A stretch of DNA of 64,000 bases from Lepidodermella squamata (GCA_047495785.1 JBLDXI010000013.1:3100001-3164000); one strand, 5' to 3'; shown: positions 1-11,775, counted from the stretch's first letter. Numbers and translations: made by a program. The notes: a model not told the origin generated them from the letters alone.

Positions 1-46
1 GTTGATTCGATGTACTCGGCGCACCGGCGGCATACCGGTTGACTCA

Positions 47-1423
47 TTAGTCTCTTGTTGCGACGCGACCTGTTCTGGAGCTGGATTGGCCATCCTGGTT
101 TTCGTCACTTTTTCTGTCAACATCGTCTTGCGACACCTCGCCGTCTCCTACTTCGCCTGCACTATAAGATTTCTCATTCATAAGTAAAATGCATGAATTG
201 AATTACAGTCTTGTTACTTACCTGGTTTGAGGCTCTTCGTTGGTGTCGTCATCTTGTTGGCTAACAGTTTCTCTCACGTCAGCATTCGACCTCGATAATG
301 ATCTCACCTTCCTACTGGATGTGTCTGAGGTGCTCTTGGCCCTTGTCCTCGCATGATGTGATTTTACTAGGTCAATGGCTTGGTTAATATTTCGTTTCAC
401 CTCAGCGTACTTTTTGATCAGTGCCGTTTTCGAAGGCCTAGTTTCGGGTGCAGCTTTCTCCTCTCCTGGCTCGTCCCCTTCATGAAGATGCAGTTTACGC
501 CGCATTAAATTGTCCAAGTAGCTTTCCTCATCATCATAGTCTTCCTCGTCTGACCCCCCAACTGCAAATTTCGGCTTTGCTGGGCTCTTCTGCACATATC
601 TAAGGCCATATGCGCCTCTAGGCTCGTTGTCTGCAGATAGCATCGATGACGAATTAGCCCTGCTCGGAGGTCTTGAAGCTATGTTTCTCCGCGACGACTG
701 TCTAGAGAGTCTCCCTGGAGGATGTTCGATCTCCTCATCACGGGAGGACCTCATTCGGCCATTTTCAGGGTAGTAGCTTGCAGGATCTCCATAAGTCCCG
801 TTTCTATCGTAATGCTGTTGATGCCTTCGTTGAATTAATTCTTCATCATCGACTTCAACCTCGCCCTGCCTTTGAGATACTTGCTGGGGGGTAAATCCTT
901 TTCTCGCTTTATCTTTCCGCGTATCACGAAATTCGATCAAGTTCACTAATGCTTCGTCCCGTTCTGGCGTAGTTGGGTTGTAGTTGAAAGGAGACCGAAT
1001 AGGGCTTCTGTAATCGCCCTCACTCAACTCTGGATACTGCTCGGCATTGTGCTGTCCCCTTTCAGGCGTACGTGTTTGTCGCTGATATTCGAAATGATTA
1101 TATCTATCCGTGTAGAACGGCCTCCTGTCAACAAATCTGCTCCGAGGGCGCCTTGTTCGTGGCCTGTTGGGACGTGGCATTTGACTTCCTAAGACGAATA
1201 TAGGCCTATTCGCATAAGGATCCATCACTTGGCTTGCTGGGGCTGAAGCAAACATTGGCACGGTGGGGGCGATGATCGGCATAGCTGGCATTGCGTGCGT
1301 CGATGGCACGCCAAACATATTACCAGCGTGGAAATGATTATCATACCCATAAGGCGCTCCGTTATGGTGGCATCTTACGCAGTTTGTAAGGTGATGAGCG
1401 TCACAGCATGGATAGTGCGCCAT
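47..1423 (-). CDS. Uncharacterised low-complexity/disordered protein (His/Cys-rich N-terminus, Arg/Ser/acidic body), 2 exons
   Basis: 401-codon ORF ending at a GTAAG donor (221); TTATAG acceptor at 162 gives an in-frame exon 161..47 ending TAA (60-nt intron). No recognisable domain. Confidence 0.6.
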
Positions 1424-1510
1424 TTTTACTTTAGTTTGTTCATTAGGAACGATCGAATTGGTTTAGTGAACTAGGTATTTAAGGCGCATTTTTTATTATT
1501 GGATTATTGT

Positions 1511-2536
1511 TCAGTTAAATTCAAATGTGCTCATAGACAAATTGGGAGAAATGTGGTCGTATTTGTCGAATAGTTTTTTCCCCTTGCCCTCTTCTGCAGC
1601 AGCCGCAGCCACATAAGCAGGTAGCAGGTGCTCAGTTCGAGGGTGAGCGATGTCTATAACGCTCAACTTCGTTAATTCCAGCAACCGCTTTTCCCTTTCT
1701 TCGCCAGTAAGGGTCGTCAAAGCTTCAGTGAGAAGCTGCTCGAATTCCAAGGCCCACCATTCGGTTTCGGTTGGTCGAACCGGAGGGGTCTCGCCGTGCA
1801 CTGAGCTGCCACTTCCAATGATCAGCACGCCTTCGTCTCTCAAAGGAGCTAGAGCCTTGCCAAGCTTCAGATGGAACTCAGGATCCAGTGAATCATTCAG
1901 TGATAGCTGAATTACCGGAACAGGCATTTCGGGAACCCTAAAAATTTAGATGTTAAAAGGCTCAAGAACATCGACAAATTCTTACATGATCTTCAGAGGT
2001 ATCCAGGTACCGTGGTCCAAACCCTATTAATCAATGAAATGTGGGTTGAACTAAACATTTTACTGAAATGTTGATTTACTCTTTCGGCGTCTATTCCGCA
2101 ATCAATCGATGCTGACTTGAGAAGCGCTTGAACCCTCGCTGCGAGTTGCGGATTTCCTTTACATGGGTACTGCTCAACGTACAAGTCGCTATCGTAACCA
2201 GTGAAGTCTGAAAGTTAAAATTACTAACAAATTATTTTTGTTGCTGTAATAATTGCTGCTTACCGTAAATTACACATGGATTCTCAATAGAATTGACTGT
2301 AGAAATAAAAAGGAAGTGACACTGGAATAATAGTTAGAGGAAAACAACTTACCCTCGACTTTCCCTTCGGATTCCCAATGAGCGGATACTACTAGAATAG
2401 ATTTCACGTGCCCTGGTGCCAGAAGTTCATCTTGCAGCCTTTTGCCGAAGGACTGCCAGAATTTGTATGTAGGCTTCTCATAGCTTCGCAAAATCCAAGG
2501 CGCGCCATGGGATACAAAGAATACTGGAAGCTTCAT
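1511..2536 (-). CDS. DODA-type extradiol ring-cleavage dioxygenase (LigB/YgiD, 4,5-DOPA dioxygenase family), 5 exons
   Basis: Spliced motifs FVSHGAP, VVSAHWES, IYDF, RGLDHGTWIPL, VIQLSL, LRDEGVLIIGSGSSVH, AHPRTEHLLP; short GT-AG introns. Confidence 0.9.
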
Positions 2537-2853
2537 CGCTTTATTTTGAACTGTAAAATGCTATACTCAGTAGGTTAAATTGCACACGATATGCCAAAGT
2601 CCTCGCTATTTATTAGGCTTAAAGAGGCCAAATTATATGATGCGGGCTCATTATCATTATGTAAATATCGTTCAAAGTTTAGCGATAAGATGTGTTACCG
2701 TGTTTTCCCTTCAAAAGCGGATATCTCAAATCGAAATTCACGAACTAAAGAGGGCAATTATTGCGTATATTAAGATGAATAAACTGTATAATGGCGTGAT
2801 GCGAAGTCACGGCGTGTTTTAATGAAGGTTCTGTCCAACACCATAGTCACGCT

Positions 2854-3135
2854 TTATTGGCATGCGAAGAGAGGGCCCCAAACAAAACGACAATTCCTGA
2901 AATTGTTAACACCAAATTAGATATTAGATATTATAAAGGCGAAACAAATTTGATAGGCTCACAATCCAGGGCAGCATGTAGAATCAGATGGATTGCACAA
3001 GATGTTTCTATCCAAACAGCTTGCTTCAGCTTCGTTTTTGACACAAATGCCAAATTCATCTCGCTGGCATTCCTCCGCGCTCACGAGCAGGAAAAATCCT
3101 AGCGCCAGCCCCAAAAATAGCAGGAATTTATTCAT
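2854..3135 (-). CDS. Secreted cysteine-rich knottin(ICK)-like peptide, copy 1 (first knot internally deleted)
   Basis: Signal peptide MNKFLLFLGLALGFFLLVSA; intron 2962..2897 (GTGAG..TTTCAG) adds NCRFVWGPLFACQ*, giving C-x6-C-x6-CC-x4-C-x9-C. Confidence 0.8.
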
Positions 3136-3480
3136 AGTTGTATTTAGTAATGAAACACAAAGCAATGACTTGCGACGATGGAGGGAAAGGAAATGAGAAA
3201 ACAGGCGTTTGACCGAGTTAATTGATTTCTTATCTTTATGAGATTCAAAGCAAAGTATATACTAATAATAGAAGACTGGACACTCTAGACTCTAGACATT
3301 TGAATACTGCCGAAATTATTGCAATTTCCCACTTGAAATTCCTAATTAAACGCATTTTCGAAGTAATTAAAAAAATTAGAATTTCGGCCCTCTGCCCTGC
3401 CGGTGTCGTAATCGGTAGTAGCTCACGCTCCATTCAACTCTCTAAATTCTGAAGCTGTGATATAAAAATATCATCGAAAA

Positions 3481-3590
3481 TCGCTCAATTCCGGACCCAT
3501 CGTAGTTTCGTCCGGGCCGCAAGCGTCGGTTGCGCAATTAAATAAGGGTAAAAGTGGACTTGTGCGCAAAACGCTTAGTCGAAATTTTGA
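3481..3590. repeat. Dispersed ~100-bp repeat, copy 1 (reverse complement of copies at ~5200-5300 and ~30160-30242)
   Basis: Shared core CACTTTTACCCT..AATTGCGCAA..C..CGCTT..GG..CC(C/T)GGAATTGAGC in three places. Confidence 0.65.
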
Positions 3591-4489
3591 TGAATTTCAA
3601 GGCCATATTCAATCGATAGAGAATAAATTTTCTAAATTTTCTTTTGGTATAAAAACCGCCCAGGTATTCAAAAATAGCGGTCAAGTCAGTCGCGTGCCGG
3701 AAAACCTGAGCGCCAGTTTTTTCTGTGCATCAAATTCATTACGCCATTTGTTTCTATTTTAGTCAAGTCGTTCTGTCGCCCACCCCGCGATATTAGAGCG
3801 CACGGTGATATATTGGCGGAACTAATTTCAAACCTTTCCGGCAATTTGCTCGACCTCTATCACCACGGTGTCGACATGCTTTGCGACAAGGTTCGAGCTG
3901 GTCAGCATTTATCATTAACCTTCTTTACCATTTACCTCCAACGAATCTTTGGTTGGTGTTGCGGTTTCTGCCATTGGATACGATGACGAAGAGTTCGACC
4001 TTCATTCAATTATCATTCTCGCATGGGTGCTCAGCGCTCAGCGCTCAGCTCGACGGCCGCGGATAAGGAGCCCCATCAGAAAAAAAGCTTTCTCCAACTT
4101 TTCAGCTTCCTTCAACATCGGGTGCACATAGCAACTTAGTTGTACCCGAGTAGAGTGCAAATAGCCACTTCCATTTTTATTGTATAACTTTCTAATTATT
4201 ATATAATATTCGAGTTGATAGTGAAACGTAAACAGTTTCGATATGTTTAGCAGAGTATTTGCCGATATTTTACCAGATGAAAGCCCTGCTTTTAATATAA
4301 ACAATAGATAATGCGGGTTAAATAACCCGTAACCCACTCCATTCCAACCCGCACCAACCCATGACCTGAACCGCACCACAAAAATGTACACCAACCCACA
4401 CCGAACAATAAACAATTCCACCTCTGGTATGATGTTTGAGGTGTGAGCACAGTGAATAGCATAGCACAGAAAACGACCTACGCACAACT

Positions 4490-4598
4490 TTCCGTTCGGA
4501 TTCCCTGGGCCGGAACTTCATCTTGCAGCCTTTTGCCGATAGATTGCAAGAATTTCCAAGGGGCGCCATGGGATACAAAAAATACTGGAAGCTGCATT
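4490..4598 (-). pseudogene. 5' fragment of the DODA dioxygenase carried by a local duplication
   Basis: MQLPVFFVSHGAPWKFLQSIGKRLQDEV is near-identical to the start of 1511..2536 but has internal deletions and no downstream exons. Confidence 0.8.
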
Positions 4599-4714
4599 GC
4601 TTTATTTCGAACTGTAAACTGTATTTTACGATGAATAAACTGTATAATGGCGTGATGCGAAGTCACGAGTCACGGCGTGTTTTAATGAAGGCTCTGCACA
4701 ACACCAGCCACACT

Positions 4715-5050
4715 TTATTGGCATGCGTAGAGGTGGTTGAAAAACAAAAGGCATTTCCTATAATTAAAAGAGTTAGTTAAAATAAACACGACAGAAGTTT
4801 GACAAGCTCACAATCCAGGGCAGCATATCTCTGATGGATCAGATGGATTGCAGATGGTGTTTCTATCCAAACAGTTCGCTCCAACTTCATTTTTGACACA
4901 AATACCAGAGCCATTCGATAACATCTTACACGAGTGGCCACTGCAACACTCAGAATCGTTACTACCACAGGTAACTCGCTGACATTCCTCCGTGCTCACG
5001 AACAGGAAAAATCCCAAGGCTACCCACAAAAATATCAGCAATTTATTCAT
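4715..5050 (-). CDS. Secreted double-knottin (two tandem ICK-like domains), copy 2
   Basis: Signal peptide; knot 1 CQRVTCGSNDSECCSGHSCKMLSNGSGIC; intron 4811..4758 completes knot 2 CLDRNTICNPSDPSEICCPGLKCLLFFNHLYAC. Confidence 0.85.
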
Positions 5051-5199
5051 ACTTGTATTTAGTATTGAAATAGATGCAATTAGTTGCGACGATGGAGGGA
5101 AAGGAAATGAGAAAACAGGTGTTTCAGCTAGCTACATAATTGATTTCTTATCTGTATGCGCCGTCAAGCTTTGAAGCAAAGTAAGCTGCTGATAATTAA

Positions 5200-5300
5200 A
5201 ATTTCGACTTGGCGTTTCGCGCCAAATTCACTTTTACCCTTAATTGCGCAATCGACGCTTTGGGGCCGGACGGAACTACTATGAGCCTGGAATTGAGCCA
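5200..5300. repeat. Dispersed ~100-bp repeat, copy 2
   Basis: Inverted match to 3481-3590. Confidence 0.65.
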
Positions 5301-5631
5301 CAACAAGAGTTGTCGCGATGTCGCTGGTCGGTGAACCTAGCTTAACGTTGAGCAGTCAATGATTTCAAGTCATTCTTAGTAAAACGAGTGTTAAGTTCAA
5401 TGAGGGGGGCTAAAAGCGAACTTTTTTAAGCGAAGCTTTCGCCCGAGCGCTTATCATCCCGGTGCGAGATTTCCTCTTCCTTAGCTCGAATCAGCAGTAT
5501 TTCAAGGCTTCACTTCCTGTACTCTGTTGGCAAGAGGTAGCGAAAACGTTTTAAAAATATCCACTGAGCATTATACAGTATATTGTATATTGAATATTGA
5601 CCTTCTAAAAAATTTGAATAGCTGTTTCAGT

Positions 5632-8082
5632 ATGACTAAGATCCGAAGGCTCTCGATTCTATACTTGACCTATATGATATTGAGTGACTCCCTAATGTTG
5701 GCTGAAGGCCGTAAACCTTACATGCTACGTCAAATAAGTATATCTACACTTGCCGGGATTGACGCTATTCAGATTCAAACGGGGATTCACTCTGCTCAGG
5801 TTGTCTTCGACAACATCAACAATAGAAGTGACATTCTAGCAGACTATCACCTGGAGATGGATTTGGTTGAAGATTTCTATGGCTTTCGAGCCGCGCAGCA
5901 ATTGGTTAACTATCGTCGCGATTGGAACGAATCACAGCCCAACCAGTATCAGTCGCCCATTGCAATAGGACCCCTCATTTCTACGGGTTGTAAAACAATA
6001 GGCCCGATTTTACAATACGTCCACACGGTTGGCTTGTCCACTTTCTGTTCGGCGCCCTTTTTTGCGGATCGAACCGAGTTTCCGAATATGTACTTGTCGC
6101 TTACCACTGGCAAAACCACTGCAGTGGCTATGTTGCATTTCATGAGAGAAGTCGGTAAGTGGAACAGATTTGCAATCTTCGCGCAATCAACCAGCATTTA
6201 CGACTACTCAATGGCGCTTTTTCTCAACGACAAAGCTATCGCCAACGGCTTTGAAATACCGTGGTTCAACACTTTTGTCGACATCAATATGGACGTCGTA
6301 ATGGATCTCAAACAATCAGGGGTGCGAATAATCGTCCTTACGTTGGTGACATCTCCTCTTGTAGCTAGCTTTCTATGCTTGGCTTTGAGGGCTGGAATGT
6401 CTGGGCCGCGTTATGTTTTCTTACTTTTGAACTCTCAATTTACGGTAACACCAGGTCCAAACTGTACAGTAGGAATGCTAGCCCAGCAATGGCGACAGGC
6501 CTATTTATTCGGGCCGATTCTCAAGCCACTTAATTACTCTTTGATGAGTGACTTAGGATACAACGCTGCTCAATTTGAGTTGGAAATGAGTCGACGCCTG
6601 AGTACTACAGCCGAAAATTTTCTCACAGCTTTCACTCTGCATGACGTCACATTGCGTGTCGTTATGGTTCTCAATGAGACTGAACGTCGTCTCCGGCAGT
6701 ACCATAATTTGTCTCTGAAAGATTATCATCGCTACCCAGACTTGGTAGCCAGGGTTGCGAATCAGTCAATGTTGGAAACAATAGTCAATGGACTCCGAAT
6801 CGGTCCGATGCGGTATGGACCTAGAGGACAGGTGCTAGGCGAAGTTGAGGCAGTCGCTAATTGGTCGCCATTCACTAGCCTAAGAAATCTTGCGTTGGTC
6901 CGCCAAATCCCAAGCAACAGCTCAGATGAATTTGACTACAACCGTTACACCCTTCAGCAAATCGGTCAAGTCGCATGGATAGGAGGAAAGCGTCCATTAG
7001 ACAGACCAACCGTGTTTAAGACTTTCCTCACATTTCCTACTACTTCATTCGGTGTTTGCTGGTTTTTGATAGTTATTACTTCGATTTCACAAATCGTGGG
7101 TCTAATTGCAATCAAGGTCAACAAAGCAATACCGACAGAATATCGGAAAACGAAAACTCTAGGTTTAGTAGGATGCCTGATTCTTAATGCATCGTCTGGA
7201 TCGTTCAGTCTCGACAGAATCGCTGGAGACTCATCTATCCCAGTGATCTCTATGGCTCTCGTTTGCGCAGGAAGTGCTTTGATCTTCGGTAGCTGGGCAA
7301 TGCGCATGGCTGTCGTTAAATTGTTTGTTTGGAAACGAATCGGGAAGGGATTTAGGCGTTCGAGAAATTCGTCCTTTACTATGTATGGTGCCAACGAAGG
7401 ATCTCAGATCGGCGGTCCTTTGCCGAACTCTTTGAGTATTCAAAGGAAGTCATCACTAGTCCCATCCCCGGCAAACTCTGTAGGTGGAGGGCAACCACTG
7501 GGACCACATTTTCCAAGTAACTCGAAACAGTTTGACAGGGATACGTTAGCCGCTACATTATCTTTTGTCGGCGTCCTCTACTCAATTCTGATCGGATGGC
7601 TGGCCAGTGAAGATATGGAGTGCTCCAATGAGTTGGTAACAGAACCTGTTTACACCGAATTGGAAGACAGCATAGAGGAAGCATGGTACGTCCGATGTGC
7701 TATGAGTTCTTCATACTCTCCTGTCGGATGGGCTCTTCTTGGCTCAATCGCCGGGCTTGAAATGCTAGTTCTATTAGTTTCACTCCTCTGGGCATTTCAA
7801 CTGAAGAAGATTAATGGAGTAGCTTCTAATTGCAAGGAGTTCTTCCCGAGTTGTCTTGGTGTTATCGCAAGTGGGACCCTGTTGCCAGCTGGTATTTTGA
7901 TTGCAGTAACGACTAATGGCAACCCGATTCAACAGCAAGGTTCAGTTGCTTTTGTGCTTGTTACCATTTCGGCTGTTGCAGCTATTCCATTGATTTATCC
8001 AAGTTTCTACGTTCCTAAACCAGAGCCTGTATCTACATTACGGCCAAGTGGAGGCCCTTTGCCGGTTTCACCACGCCATTAA
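5632..8082 (+). CDS. Intronless GABA-B-like class C GPCR (Venus-flytrap domain + 7TM), copy 1
   Basis: Signal peptide from ATG 5632; INNRSDILADYHL, IGPL.STGC, FPNMY, KWNRFAI, SGVRIIVL VFT motifs; W.GGKRP.D linker; hydrophobic helices; no Cys-rich domain. Confidence 0.85.
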   Translation: MTKIRRLSILYLTYMILSDSLMLAEGRKPYMLRQISISTLAGIDAIQIQTGIHSAQVVFDNINNRSDILADYHLEMDLVEDFYGFRAAQQLVNYRRDWNESQPNQYQSPIAIGPLISTGCKTIGPILQYVHTVGLSTFCSAPFFADRTEFPNMYLSLTTGKTTAVAMLHFMREVGKWNRFAIFAQSTSIYDYSMALFLNDKAIANGFEIPWFNTFVDINMDVVMDLKQSGVRIIVLTLVTSPLVASFLCLALRAGMSGPRYVFLLLNSQFTVTPGPNCTVGMLAQQWRQAYLFGPILKPLNYSLMSDLGYNAAQFELEMSRRLSTTAENFLTAFTLHDVTLRVVMVLNETERRLRQYHNLSLKDYHRYPDLVARVANQSMLETIVNGLRIGPMRYGPRGQVLGEVEAVANWSPFTSLRNLALVRQIPSNSSDEFDYNRYTLQQIGQVAWIGGKRPLDRPTVFKTFLTFPTTSFGVCWFLIVITSISQIVGLIAIKVNKAIPTEYRKTKTLGLVGCLILNASSGSFSLDRIAGDSSIPVISMALVCAGSALIFGSWAMRMAVVKLFVWKRIGKGFRRSRNSSFTMYGANEGSQIGGPLPNSLSIQRKSSLVPSPANSVGGGQPLGPHFPSNSKQFDRDTLAATLSFVGVLYSILIGWLASEDMECSNELVTEPVYTELEDSIEEAWYVRCAMSSSYSPVGWALLGSIAGLEMLVLLVSLLWAFQLKKINGVASNCKEFFPSCLGVIASGTLLPAGILIAVTTNGNPIQQQGSVAFVLVTISAVAAIPLIYPSFYVPKPEPVSTLRPSGGPLPVSPRH

Positions 8083-8413
8083 TAGAGATCAGAGCCTCGA
8101 TTATTTCTTACTGCGTTCAGTACTCGAAAAATTAATCAATTAGGCGGAACACTTGAGGAATTTCCTTTCATTTACCTTCGATTTCCATATTAATTTCTAA
8201 CCCTCGATAACGTGTTGCCATTGACAGAAGGGTGCTAATTTGAGGCCTGGTAAATTAAGACGGCAATGTGAAGAATATCCGACCGGAAACTGCTAAGGCT
8301 TTTGATCACAAATACGCACATGTTGCGATTACATCTCAATCTTTGGTTGTATTTAATTGAAACATTTGTATAGAATACAGTGCAGATTTTTGTGCTTTTG
8401 CTAACTTCATATC

Positions 8414-8650
8414 ATGCCACCTCCGACTTCAGACGAAATCAGGCAGTCTTTCGATGCTGTTGACACAAACAAATCAGGACGCATCTCAAAAGAAGAATAC
8501 CAGAGGGCGATTTCCGCTGCAGTTGGCTATTCAATTCCTCAGTCAGCAGCTGATGCCCTTTGGGCTAAAGTTGACAAAAATGGCGATGGATCAATCGATT
8601 TCAGAGAATTCTCCGAACTTGTTACTGAAGCTAGCCAGCTTCCAGCTTAG
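8414..8650 (+). CDS. Small two-EF-hand calcium-binding protein, copy 1
   Basis: DTNKSGRISKEE and DKNGDGSIDFRE loops. Confidence 0.9.
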   Translation: MPPPTSDEIRQSFDAVDTNKSGRISKEEYQRAISAAVGYSIPQSAADALWAKVDKNGDGSIDFREFSELVTEASQLPA

Positions 8651-9176
8651 GAGAACGATAAGCTAAAGCCGTTCACCTTTTTCTTAGAAAAACTGTACAT
8701 GCATGTATAGCCTGAATTACCCCACTCATTAACGACGTGAGAGGCTTATCTTATCACAAACTTTCTATTATTTTAGGAAGCCTGCCCAAAATTTAATCAT
8801 TAAACTGTATTTTTCTGTTGAACTGTATTTCATGACACTTCAGGTGAACACTCAGCGTATGAGTAACAATGCTTTTGTTCTACGTCATCGGAACCAATGT
8901 ACTATTTTACCTTGTCTAAAATTGAATAAAAAAATTGGCAATTTTTTTTGCATTATTTGCCCTCGCACGTTTCGCCCTCGTTTCAGTGCAGTGTCGTATT
9001 TACCTAAAGCTGTCAGGAATGCCTGTGAGGCTGTCATAAAGTGTCAACAGAAGAAAGGCCAACCACCCCCAGGGGCTAGCTGGCCCCATAAAAGGAGTGC
9101 GAAAATCCGCGTTGGTCAGACGTTGATTAGCGCATTATTCTCAAATTTTAATAAAATCCGCATAAAGCGATAAAAA

Positions 9177-9422
9177 ATGTCCCTGCCACCACCACCACCG
9201 CCGGCCCAAATCAAGCTCGCCTTCGACAAGTTCGACAAGGACAAGTCTGGAAAAATTTCAAAGGCTGAATTCATCCTGGCCCTGGCTGAGGTAACCGGCA
9301 AGCCCGTCCCGCCGCAGGTTGTCGAAGGACTCTGGTCTCAAGTCGACAAAAATCATGATGGCTCGATGGATCTGGCCGAATTCACAGCTATGGTCCTTGA
9401 GGCCAGCAAGCACGTCAAGTGA
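9177..9422 (+). CDS. Small two-EF-hand calcium-binding protein, copy 2
   Basis: DKDKSGKISKAE and DKNHDGSMDLAE loops; AATAAA downstream. Confidence 0.9.
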   Translation: MSLPPPPPPAQIKLAFDKFDKDKSGKISKAEFILALAEVTGKPVPPQVVEGLWSQVDKNHDGSMDLAEFTAMVLEASKHVK

Positions 9423-9676
9423 AAAGCGAAAATGCCAGGCCAGAAATTTGAACATTTAACTACTAATCGTCAGCTTATGGTGTCATATATATTATATCTA
9501 GCCACTCATTTAATCAATAAAATATACGTTTTAGTTTTAGACAACGACATTCTTTTTATTTCATGCAAATCGGGACAACGAATCACTACTCAATGATTAG
9601 GTAATTCCTTATGCTAAACCAACACGCTAATATTGAACTTGAATAAGGCAGTTAACAGTTGACATTGGCTGAAGGT

Positions 9677-9965
9677 TTAGTGAGTCTGCTTGTAGATCTC
9701 GAGAACCATGTCGGAGAATTCTGGGGAAAAAACCGGAGTTAAGTAAGGTAAAAAAGTTGGGAAATGTCTCACCTTTGAAGTCAATAGTACCGTTGCCGTT
9801 CTTGTCAACCTTGGCCCAAACAGCGTCAACAATGGGCTGGGGAACCGGGCGGCCGGTAGCCTCAACAATAGCGAGCTGGAATTCAATCTTCGAAATTTTG
9901 CCCGACTTGTTCTTGTCGGCGGCGTCGAAGGCCTTCTTGACTTCCATAGGCGGCGGAGGAGGCAT
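9677..9965 (-). CDS. Small two-EF-hand calcium-binding protein, copy 3 (2 exons)
   Basis: DKNKSGKISKIE and DKNGNGTIDFKE; 52-nt intron 9772..9721 restores EFSDMVLEIYKQTH*. Confidence 0.9.
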
Positions 9966-10531
9966 ATTTAGATTCGAGAATACTCGTTCGTCAAGGTCTG
10001 GCAAATAAAATGTGGCAGCGGCTCTTGTCTGGGTATCCTGGACCGTTTTCTCGCCGCCTTTTATAGCCGCGCAATCAGGGCAGCGCATTCACATGTTTAC
10101 CCAAGATTTTTTGCGCGTTAGTCAATACGCAGAAAAATACAGGTCGAGGGGAAAACGAGCCGCAATAGAAAAACACGATTTGGCCTTGTTATTGGCACAC
10201 GTTGACTCATGAATATAAGCTCATATACATACACGCCGGTGGTGATGAATAAAAAACCGACCATTGTTCAATGGCCACGTAATGTTCTTGGCGACAAAAC
10301 ACCTCAAGGATCGAATAAAGACGACGGGCTAAGAGCACACTTTATTAGCTTTATCGCAACTTTTCATAATATAAGGGATACGCCTTCTTCCGAGACGCCA
10401 TCACATCCATTTTTTTCGTATGCAAATTTTAGCGCCTATTTAACAGAATGGAGGTTATAATCTCAAGCTAAATTGAAGGTTGAAAAATTATAAAAAACAA
10501 AAATATTAGTTTTTAAATAAAAAGCTTTTAT

Positions 10532-11775
10532 CTAACTCAACATCGAGTAGAATGCTATGTTGATAGCAATTATTAAGCCCAGGCAAAACTGCCCATAAAT
10601 GAGGTCCATTACTCGAATCACAGTCCAGCCAGGCATTGCTTTCGAAGTGCCCGAGTAGTAATCCCGGCGAGCCAAGGTGCATGACACAAGCGAGTAAATT
10701 GTCAATAAAGCTCCGATGACCATATTACCTTGAATGTAGTAGAAAAAGAAAATAGGCTGAGACGTTTGCGGGAAATAGGACAAAATTGACTGTTGGGTGA
10801 CTTGAAACGCTAGCACGACCGTAATCGAATAGCCGCTCCTATCAGGCAATTTCGGAGGCATGATCAAGGCAGCGAATTGGAGAATCGTCAGAAGATTTAG
10901 CGGGACGAAAATGCTCAGAATGTAGTAATCGGGCTTGCGTTTGAATCTGAACCAAACCTGCACGATGTTGTAGGACGGATTCGGATATTTATAGCCCTGA
11001 CCCAGCACCTGCCAAATGTCGGCATCTGAAACGAACTGCAGACCTGGGAAATAATTGCCTAGATAGCCGACTGTCGTTGAGTTGAAAATAACACTTCTTT
11101 TCGAGTCGACAGTGAACATTTCAACAAAACATTCTTGAGTATCGAACGGGAAATCCTTTGAAAGATGGATTAAAAAATCGGTCACACATTGGTTATCTAA
11201 GCTTACTTGGAAGTCGAATTCGCACATAACATCATAGCGACCAGGTGAGAACAACCTCGCAAAACCACTGGGAAAAAGTTGGATGTCGCCTCCCGAATAA
11301 GAATCAACTAATGAGGCAGCTTCGCTTGCAGCATTTGTGATAAAAATTTTAGGTCTCCAAATGTCCTTCGAGGAGAATATGCATTGCGGGACAGCCAGGG
11401 CTTCAGGGGAAAGGTTCTTCACCATAGTCTCATTAGGGCGAACCCACTGACCACATTCTGGAAGCTGCCACAAAATTACAACAGCTCCCTGGATCGACAT
11501 TCTGATTACAAAATTGATTTATCAGATTGAAATGTGATCAGATTTCACCTTTGAGTGACGTCGCTCAGTTCGAGAAGTCGCTTCGCATTGAATTCGACAA
11601 TCAGTTTTACTGGTTCAGTTTGATTTTCACTTGGCCTCGCTCTTGGGCTTGCGAGATAAGGACATGTGGTGGTCAGGTAACCACATAATTCATCATCAGC
11701 GCTAAGTTTCAATGCCACCACTGAGTCATGAATATGCAAGTTCAGTAAGGCGATAGTCAGGTAGCGGAAATTCAT
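10532..11775 (-). CDS. Divergent Cys-loop ligand-gated ion channel subunit A (3 exons)
   Basis: Signal peptide, RP..PV, RLLELSD, WRP (loop A), Cys-loop CEFDFQ|DFPFDTQEC, FKRKPDYY, M2 PDRSGYSITVVLAF, PQTS, M4 VMD; introns 11548..11502 and 11206..11156. Confidence 0.9.

Noticed and set aside
3760-4487. GC-richer stretch with several 60-149 aa ORFs between the duplicated blocks
   Set aside because: No recognisable motif or consistent splice structure.
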